A program made the position numbers and the translations under genes. A DNA stretch of 64,000 nucleotides from the human T2T-CHM13v2.0 reference genome, Homo sapiens: NCBI RefSeq assembly GCF_009914755.1, contig NC_060925.1; one strand, given 5' to 3'. The notes beneath the pieces were generated by a model. It had not been told where the DNA came from. It did no database searches and saw only the letters and a program-made list of their open reading frames with translations. Shown piece by piece: positions 49,567 to 64,000 of this stretch. Position 1 is the stretch's first letter, and each line of letters begins with the position of its first letter.

Positions 49567-51266
49567 TTATATTATTTTTATAATTTTCCATATGCATTAA
49601 ACATTTCATTAAAAGATTAATCACTTGCATAAAAAAATGAAAGAGAACTCTTGGGTATTGCAAATTGGAAATAAAATTGTAAAATATAGTCCAGCTCTAT
49701 CTGATAAAGACTACATATCCAAATGTAATATCTATTAAATAATAACTTTTTTATTTCACCTTAATGGTTAACTTCTATACAAGAAAGGTGAAGGACAAAG
49801 ACAATACTAACAAGATTAATCTTAAGGAGATATGTCAATCTGAACTGAGGCTAAAGGCATTTTTGAATTATCCACATAATTGTCTAAACTCTCCTTTTCA
49901 TCTTATCTAACATAAAAACATTAATATTTTCAAAATCACCTGGCACTGGTAAAAGATTCTTGTATCTCATGAATGAGTATCAAGCACCAACAATGAGTTA
50001 GATGAGATACGGTCACACACAAAAAAATAATGTTTATTTTGACTGTACTTTTTAAATGACAAAGAGTAATTTCAACAAAACCAAATGCTGCAGTGTGGCA
50101 CTCAGCTATAACAGTGTATTTTCTTTATCCAAATAAACACAATAAAAGCTTTGCTTTGCATTGTTCATTATAAAAAACTGAATTTTTCTTTTGCAACTAT
50201 TTATTTTTAAATAAGGAAGTAAAATTCTCAAAATGATACAGTTGCTGCTGCAAAGTATGAATAATAAGACTGAGGGAGGTAAGAGAGAAAGGACTAGTGC
50301 AAGCCCTAACAAAAGCCCTGTACACTGGGTATGGCTAAACCCTGAGCATGAAAGCACTCTTTGTAATTCTGGTCAATGGAAGGCCTTTCACTGTCCCAGT
50401 ATATAGTAAAAAAAAAAAAAAAAAAAAAAAAATTAAAAGCAGAAGTGGGAGGATGGGGAGTTCGCCTCTTTAGGGGATATCTCCTCAGCTGCCTGGCTAC
50501 AATAAGGACGAAGATTGCATGAACACAGGAAAGCTTTCCAAGCATGCAGCTACTAGGTCTTTGTTCAACACAGACCAGCCAAAAAAAGGACTCATGTACC
50601 CTACTTATACTACATTTCAATTTACTCTTAAACCAAATTCCAGGAATTGCATTTTTATCTCACATTGGCCCCTGCAAACTAGTTCACTGAGAAATCCACA
50701 GAGGACACAGTCTTTTGGCTTGCAATTTGGATTCCAGCAAAGATAATCCCACTCCTTTTATTTGAGAAGACATTAGAAAAGTTATTAAGAAATTTCATGA
50801 TTTTGTTCATTTTTCAAAGGCCGCATAACCAAATGCAGTTCTCTATGAAGTTAACAGTTCATTGTCTCACTAAGCACTTCACATATGAACAAGTAATACA
50901 GGTTCATAACCAGACACCTCCGTATTTCAGTATACAACACTTTGAAAATAGTAAACCCTCAGGGTGTGGATCATAACTATTTTCCTCATTGCCATAACTG
51001 AACCAACTAAAATGCAATTAACGAAAGAAACTGTCATAGTTTAATTAGCTTTGGTTGATAACCCACTGTGTAATTATCTGTGAAGCTACAGGTAGCATAA
51101 AGCATCATTTCCTTTCAGGTTCCAAACAAAGAAAAGGCTCATTCTCTAGTATTAAGATTAGATATAGAAATGTTGGGCCCGGCGCAGTGGTCCACACCTG
51201 TAAACCCAACACTTTGGGAGGCGGAGGCGGGCAGATCACTAAGGTCAGGAGCTTGAGACCAGCCTA

Positions 51267-51668
<402 letters not shown>

Positions 51669-53585
51669 TTAATATATCTGCATTACTGGAAATTTTCTTT
51701 TAAAAATCCAACTCCATGACTGAGATTTTAAGTATGTATATGGCTGACTTTATGAAGAGCTACATTAGAATTAGCTTGTAAGACAAATTAGATTGCAAAT
51801 AAATGCATTTTAATAATTAAAGATTATTCTGAAGCCTATCTAGTTTAAGAAATTTTGTTTATAACACTACTTTAAGTACTACTGAATGCCATCTTTTGAG
51901 CTGAAATGGGTATGAAATGCTTATAGAATGAGAGATTTGAAAGAGCCCTGGGAGATAATCTTATGAAATGAATGTCTGACTAAATAAAAGGGGAAAAAAA
52001 AAAGACTTGAGAAATAAAGTAACCTATTGAAGGTAACATAGCTAAATTTCCTTTATAAAATGACTACGGAGAATAAAATACCAAATTCATGTACAGTTTG
52101 CAACCTAATTTTCCCGGGTCATGATTTGCAAATGAATAATATAGCCCCAAAGGGCCACCATATTTTCTGGAAATCATGCTGACTAGTGAAAGAAAATGGT
52201 ATTTCAGTGAGAATAAAAGGAAAAAGATACACAAAGAATAAGTTAACTTTATTTGGCAAACAAAAAGTAAATATTATGTAATTTGAAAAAGGACAAAGAA
52301 ACTATAGATATAACCATAACCTATAGATCTGCAGGTGGCTTGTGCTATTAACTATTACTTTTTTTAAGTATCACTGAATTATTGTTAAAGAAAAACATTT
52401 ATATAGTACGGAGGCTATAAAAGAGAAAGGACTAGGATACAAGGATGTAAGGTAGAAAGTATCTTCCATCATCCAATCTTTTTCTTCCAAAAGTAACCAC
52501 TATCAAGTTTCTTAAGCATCTTTCCAGAAATTTTCTACACATACACATTTATCGATTTAACGACTCTTAAAAACTATTTCTAAAATTAATCATTGTGATT
52601 GTTCTAAAATTATCTAAAATGTCAGCTCTATAGGTATAAAAATAAAATTTCTAAAATATGGGTCTCATTCACAATTATGAAAACATATGATGAAGACTGT
52701 TGGTGAAAGTTATAACACGGAATATAAATATACCAAATTCTTAAGACTGTGGCCCAATAGTCCATCTGCAAAGATCGTTTCTAGCATTTATTTTCGCACA
52801 ATGGAGAAAATTAAAATATACATACTAGATAAATGATGCTGTCACTTTTGACAAGTTACATAATCTATAAATTTACAACAATTTATCAATCCAGTCCATC
52901 TTCTTTTCCTCTATTTCCTCTCAATTACACATCATTAAGTCTGTTCCAATTGAGTAATCACTCCTTTGTAAGCAAAATTAGGTCAAATCATAAACTAACA
53001 ATAGCACTCCATGTCCTGATGTAAAAAAACCAACTAATAAAAATCTATGTCCAGGCGCAGTGGCTCACATCTGTAATCCCAGCACTTTGGGAGGCTGACC
53101 AGCCTGGCTAATGTGGTGAAACCTCGTCTCTACTAAAAATAGAAAAATTAGTTGGGCATGGTGGTGCATGCCTATAATCCCAGCTACTTGAGCAGAAGGC
53201 AGGAGAATCACTTGAACCCAGGAGGCAGAGGCTGCAGCGAGCCGAGATCACTACAGCCTGGACAACAGAGTGAGTGAGACTCCATCTCAAAAAAAAAAAA
53301 AAAAAAATCTAACATACTATTATACAAATACATATAGTCTTCAGTAAATATGTCCTAATAGATCCAAGATACCAGTTATAAATATGCATATCCCAATTGA
53401 TTGATGGGGTTAAGAAAAAAGACTATGGCACCGAATATGAATCTCAACTCACATTACTTAATACGCATCTCAGTATAAGAGCACGAGTATGAACTTTACC
53501 TTCTTTTTTACTTTTTACTAGCTTCCTAAGGAATATGCAGCATAAACTTAAGTCAGACCAACAAGTTTAGTTTCCTAACCTGTAA

Positions 53586-53813
<228 letters not shown>

Positions 53814-54100
53814 TGAGTCTCCCAAAGTGCTGTGATTACAGGTGTGAGCCACCACACCCAGTCTAAAATGGTATTCTTAACAACCCTGGCACCTAGTAGA
53901 CATTAGTAGACATTCAACAAATGGTATCACAATTATTATTAAAGGAGAGCTTCCATATGTTATAATAAATGTAAATACTTCCTATATTATTTCAAACACA
54001 AAATTACTCAAAAAGCAGAGTTTGTAGTGTAATTTCAAAAGTTTAAAATAAATACATGTATATTTCATTTCCTCAATTTATGAGTGCAAATTAAATTTTA

Positions 54101-54460
<360 letters not shown>

Positions 54461-54589
54461 CTAATCCATCAATCTACAAAAATGGGAGAGGAAACCTTCA
54501 GGTTCCTTTACAATGTATCTTAACTACAACACGTGTGTATACACTGGCCATTATACACATTTCACTGCCTTCCAACCTTGAAGATTCAA

Positions 54590-54755
54590 AACAGCCTGTA
54601 AGGTAGGTTACCTTATGAGGTAATGGGCTTATTATTAAGCCCATTTTACAGATTAGGAAGCTAAGCAACAAAGAGGTTAGGTGGTTTTCCCAGGTTCGCA
54701 CACCTGGTGAGAGTCACAGCCAAGACTGAACCCAGGTCACATGAGCTCCAGTCCC
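54590..54755 (-). mobile_element. MIR
   Basis: cccattttacagattaggaagctaag...agaggttag...gaacccaggtc. Confidence 0.7.
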
Positions 54756-56071
54756 AACAAAGCCTATAGCCACCATCCTCTAATTCCCCCTCTGGAATGA
54801 ATTCATGCATATGTAAACAATAAACATTAGGATTAGAGAGAATTCTGCTTAAAACAATGACACATTTGAATTTGAAAGAGTTTAGATGAGCTCTCAATGT
54901 AGTATTTCTACTGCATTACATTCATACCATGCTTACCCTCAGATGGACAATTTTCAAGATATGAAAACTCCTTTATACGAAAAGAATAAACTGTAATTAC
55001 TCAGAGCAAAATCATGTAAACAGAAGCAAGAAGTCAAATAATTTCTATCCTCCCATATACTGGAAAACCAAAAAACTAAATGACTAATTCAAACCATGTA
55101 ACTTATTTTTCTGTTGATTTTTATAAATTACAAGGTGACAGAAAAGGAGAATTACTTTTTTTGCATGTCATAAATTGGAAAATTAGTTGCAAATTTAAAC
55201 CGGATGCTTTTTAAATAAACATATCCTTATTTAATATGCTTTCACACACCTAGTGTTTTAATACCTTCAGCAGTTAGCACACTGATACAGAACAGGTCAA
55301 ACGAGATGTTTTTCAGTTTGGGTGAATTCAAGTTCAACTGTGATTCAATTATTATAGCCCAAACCAATAATATCGAGCACTTTCATGTAAGAAAATAACA
55401 CAATTTAAATGTGTGAAAAACTCCTTTCCAATGCATTTAACATATCGGCTGGGGTCTTAGTCTGCCAGTTTGTATTACACATATGGATGATGTGTAATTG
55501 CACTTATACTAGTAATAATGCTGTTTCAAGCTATACAGATTCGGATTCAAGCAAGACAGGAATCATGATGTCTACAGAAGCTAGAGAAAAGTTAAAATAA
55601 TGTATTAGGGCAAAATTACACGGTTGGAACATGAATGTAAGGTTAATATAATCCAATCCCAATAAAAAGTAAAAGCCTCTGGAAAACTGCTATACAGCTT
55701 GATGGCCAGGCTTTTCCTCTTGTGTCTTCCATTATCATTGCCGTTCTTTCTTAATGGTAAATTATCAAAATATTTAAAAGTTGTAAGACATCTGTCTAGT
55801 CACAAAAGGATCTCCAATTTTCTTAATCTGCCCTAGTCCACAATGACTCTGAGACAGTGGTAGGCTTAAATAATACAAGACATAACACTGTGGGAAAAAC
55901 AGTTCATCAAAAAAAGAAAGATGCGATGCCTTCAATATCTAAAGTTCAGAGGCCAGATGCGGTGGCTCAAGCCTGTAATCCAAGCACTGTGGGAGGCCGA
56001 GATGAGCAGATCACTTGAGACCAGGAGTTCAATACCAGCCTGTCCAACACGGCAAAACCCTGTCTCTACTA

Positions 56072-56230
<159 letters not shown>

Positions 56231-58099
56231 TCAAAAAAAAAAAAAAAGAAAGAAAAAAAAAGTATTAATAGATCAGAGCATTTGGGCCAAAAACTTGTCT
56301 TAAAATTTACTGGCATTAAGGTTAAAATAAAAAGGGAAGTGAGTGGCAGGAAAAGACAAATTGTAGTGGATAACTTTTTAAACCACAGAAAACAAACTTA
56401 TCTGCAGAGTTCCTTCCTAGATTATGATTAAGTAAAATTCTGCCACATAGGTCCTATAAAAAATACACAAACCTTATCCAGTGCTGTAATTCCAGTGTTG
56501 ACAAAGAGCAGGCTTTAGATGGAAGGCATTTCTAAGAGACAGAATTGCTATGGTACACACAGCCTTCTGATGGTCTATCTAGGGATCAATTTAGGAGTTG
56601 GAAACACATGATACTGTGTTTAAGATATTCTTCAAATATCTTAAACGTTACGTATCTCTTCCTCAAATTCAAGGTGTAGGCCAGGCATGGTGGCTCACGC
56701 CTGTAATCCCAGCACTTTGGGAGGCCGAGGCAGGTGGATCACCTGAGGTCAGGAGTTCCAGACCAGCCTAGCCAACATGATGAAACCCCATCTCTACTAA
56801 AAATACAAAAATTAGCCAGCTGTGGTCGTGGGCGCCTGTAATCCGAGCTACTTGGGAGGCAGAGGCAGAAGTGCTTGAACCCAGGAGGCGGAGGCAGTAA
56901 GCCAAGGTTGCACTACTGCACTCCAGCCTGGGTGACAAGAGCGAGACTCGGTCTCAAAGAAAAAAAAAAAATTCAAGGTGTAGTACAAAGCTTTCAAGAA
57001 ATGTCCTTCATCTGGCACACATTCAAACCACTGTCCAACAGTAAAGCAGTAAAGATGTGAGATTGCTTCTTACATGGGCACTACTGGCTTCAAACACCTT
57101 GAAGAGCCAGCAAAGCTGATACTTTATTATGGAAATCTAAAGGGTAGGCTTTATTTTGCTTCTATAAGAGGATAACTCACTGACACATAAACAAGAAGAC
57201 GGCCAGACTGACTTCTGGGAATAGTCAGAAGCCTTCATGGGACTATAAGGTAGAGGAAATGAGAATTCTTCAGAATTTTGAAATCTCAAACTATCCCACC
57301 TAGTAGTGTTTGGTATCCCAATGTGCTGGTTTTTTAATTTTTCTGTGCAATCCTTCTTAAAGGAAGCATAAAAATGGCATTTATTTTGGTCAGCCAACAA
57401 AGTACATACCTAAACAGTTAAATAATACAATTTTTTCAAGAAGATTGAGAATAACCATTTTAAACCAGTCAAGTTAAAGAACTTCATTTTTGTGAAAGCA
57501 AATACTAAGGAAAAATTTACTCAATTATTAATCAAAAAGGGGAATTAATATTTCCATCATAATTTTCTGTTACCACAGTGCTGATTATCCCTCTTTAATA
57601 CCAAGGAGATCTAAAATCACCTCCAGTTCAATTAACTGTTTCAACACATCCAGGTTTAGAAATAAGTTCCACAATTCCTCATCAAAAGTGACTCAGCCCT
57701 CACATTACCAAAAAATGTAAACAGGCAGTATCAGCTACCACAATGGTATAAATTTGAAGGGAAGAAATTTATTTTAATTACATACCCACTTAAAGCTGCT
57801 GATTTCTCAATAACTTTGTATCCAGTACAATGTTAGTGTGTAAAAAAGACCAAATCTGGGTTCTACGTATGCAGCATATGAGATATAAAGAAAAGCTTTT
57901 AAAAAGATGAGAGAATTCTAAATGATATTCAACTTCTGATAAAGTTACTGGGAAACGAAAATAGGGAAGTCTCAGAAACAATGTTTAAACTCTATTTAAA
58001 CATTTGAAACAGTACCCTCACTTTCTTAATGACAACAGCCCCTAAAAGAGAAGTTCCAGGGTTATATATTCCATACAATAATAATAGCTAATATTATTA

Positions 58100-58463
<364 letters not shown>

Positions 58464-58558
58464 TTATTAGGCACTAAGTATGACAGACCCTGTTCTATGC
58501 ACATTAATTCATTTACAACAAACTTAGGAGGAATGTTCTATTACTTATTCCTATTTCA

Positions 58559-58879
<321 letters not shown>

Positions 58880-59415
58880 TTAAAATTAAAAAAAAAAAAA
58901 AAGCTGGCACAGAAAAGGCAAAAACTTACCCAAGACTAAGATTTGAACCTATGTATTCTGAGGCCAGAGTCCATACTCTTAACCACAATACTACATTGAA
59001 TTTATATAAAGTATTGATTCTTAAGCTTAAGAGACTTAAACAAACATGTCAAGTCGAGGGAAACATTCCCATTACTTTGGGAGGCCGAGGTAGGTTGCTT
59101 GAGGCCAGTAGTTCAAGATCAGCCTGGGCAACACAGCAAGCCGCCATCTCTACAAAAAGTAAACAGCTAGGCAGGGTAGCACCTGCCTGTAGTCACAGCT
59201 ACTCCCGAGAATGGCATGGGAGGATCCCTTGATCCCAGGAGTTTCAGGTTACAGTGATCTATGACCATGCCACTGCATTCCTCCAACCTGGGCTACCACA
59301 GAATCAGACCCTTTAAAAAAAAAAACTAACAATTATAAAAAAGATAAGGGAAATAAAGGCATCAAGTATCAGAGAACACATTAATAGAGATGGATCTAGG
59401 TCAATTGATGAAGTA

Positions 59416-59635
59416 CAGTTGTCCCTCTGTATCCACAGGAGATTGGTTCCAGGAGTCCTGTGGATACTAAAATCCAAAGATGCTCAATTCCCTGATATAA
59501 ATGATCTAGTATTTGCATATAACCTATGCATATCCTCCCTGCATACTTCAAATCATCTCTAGATTATTTATACAATGTAAATGTTGTATAAAGAGTTATT
59601 ATACTGTATTTTTTTATTTCTATAATTTTTATTGT
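59416..59635. mobile_element. MER2 (Tigger family) fragment
   Basis: tacagttgtccctctgtatcc...ggatactaaaatcc...atttgcatataacctatgca. Confidence 0.85.
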
Positions 59636-59812
59636 TGGTGTTTTTGTTGTTGTTGTTGAGAAAAGGTCTCACTTTGTTGCCAGGCCAGAGTGCAGTGGCA
59701 AAATGATGGCTCGCCACAGCTTCGACCTCTCAGGCTCAAGCAATCCTCCCACTTCAGCGCCCTACCCCACCCAGTAGCTGGGACTACAGGCAAGCTCCTC
59801 ACACCCGGCTAA

Positions 59813-60118
<306 letters not shown>

Positions 60119-60672
60119 TAAATTTTGTGAAAAAATGACTTGTTTTTATTCATTGCTATATCCTCAGCTCTTAATGCAATACCTGGTACGCAGCAGACAT
60201 GCAATTAATGTTTGTTGAATAAAGGAACAAATGAATGCATTCCTTAACCCTACCTGTGCATAAGGCCATTCTGGCTTCCTAGCAATAAAAGATTGTTTTG
60301 AGGACTCTGGGATTCAAACAACAACTATCTTATAACTAGCATCTTACATTGTACTACAAGGCACTAATATTCAAGAAATTATCTCAGCTCCCCCAGCACA
60401 AAATATGAGAAAAGTACAGACAATACACTTTAAAATGTAACACAAGAAAAACAGTATCTATGTTAAAGATAGATGTCTTATAAATTGCACAATTCACTCC
60501 ACTAGATCTGCCAGTAAAGCAAAAAATATTTCTTCCTAGTTAAAATCCACTCATGGAAATAAATTAAAAGTTTCAGTGGGCAGGGCACGGTGGCTCATGC
60601 CTGTAATCCCAGCACTTTGGGAAGCTGAGGCAGGCAGATCACGAGGTCAGGAGATCGAGACCATCCTGGCTA

Positions 60673-61198
<526 letters not shown>

Positions 61199-61619
61199 TT
61201 ATATAACTTTGCTTTGGTCATTATGAAGCTCAGATTCATAACTCCAACCCACATCCAGCAATTATCCAGGTTCTTTGGCCTTCATTTCTGTATAATGCTC
61301 ATGGCTCTACCTAGCTCGAGTTATTTTTTAATCTCTATTCTTATTAATATTTTCTCAATGCCTTGATTTCCTAAATCTAGTTTTTTCACCTGGTATTTCA
61401 AGTATTTTTGTAATCCTTCTTGGAATGATTACAACTTTGAATGTTTCTTGCAGTGAAATTTGACACAGATTAATCTGAAAGATTACTATTAGATTTCTGT
61501 TTCTGCTTAGGAAAAAGAAAGCTGCAGAGAATATCACACTCACTTTAAAAGGAGAAAAGGCCACATAATATAAAACGTAACTTTTCTTTAGCCCATTAGG
61601 GAGCTGAACTTGCAAGAAA

Positions 61620-64000
<2,381 letters not shown>

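Noticed and set aside
54937-54970. 34-nt candidate exon with a GG|gtaagc donor on the minus strand
   Set aside because: Weak aag acceptor, frameshifting, and no other support.
55474-55498. 9-bp hairpin attacacat/atgtgtaat
   Set aside because: Too short and AT-rich; expected by chance in 64 kb.

Overview
Primate, very probably human, intronic DNA that is AT-rich and dense in repeats. It holds roughly 80 Alu or Alu fragments, several L1, L2 and MIR remnants, DNA-transposon fossils (Tigger4a, Tigger1, Charlie1, MER2, MER20, MER81) and an MSTA solo LTR. The host gene runs on the minus strand. A 76-nt exon at 21800-21875 encodes IPRGPVQQPLEDRIFTPAVSAVYST, which I recognise as the 5' leader / non-AUG N-terminal extension of EIF4G3 (eIF4GII). 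The window therefore covers large 5' introns of EIF4G3. It also contains an antisense MIR-derived 50-nt exon (43996-44045) and a 3'-truncated RPL34 processed pseudogene (6232-6463). Nearly all ORFs in the supplied track are Alu or L1 artefacts. I found no convincing wholly new gene system. The best leads are: (i) small minus-strand cassette exons or microexons that could switch the eIF4G3 leader between in-frame extension and uORF, and could form stop-free circular RNAs; (ii) a pair of adjacent L1PA insertions with separate TSDs that share private variants; (iii) an RPL34 retrocopy that kept its 5' end but lost its 3' end; (iv) a young AluYk-like insertion that may be polymorphic. Repeat subfamily names are from recognition, not a search, and repeat boundaries are approximate.
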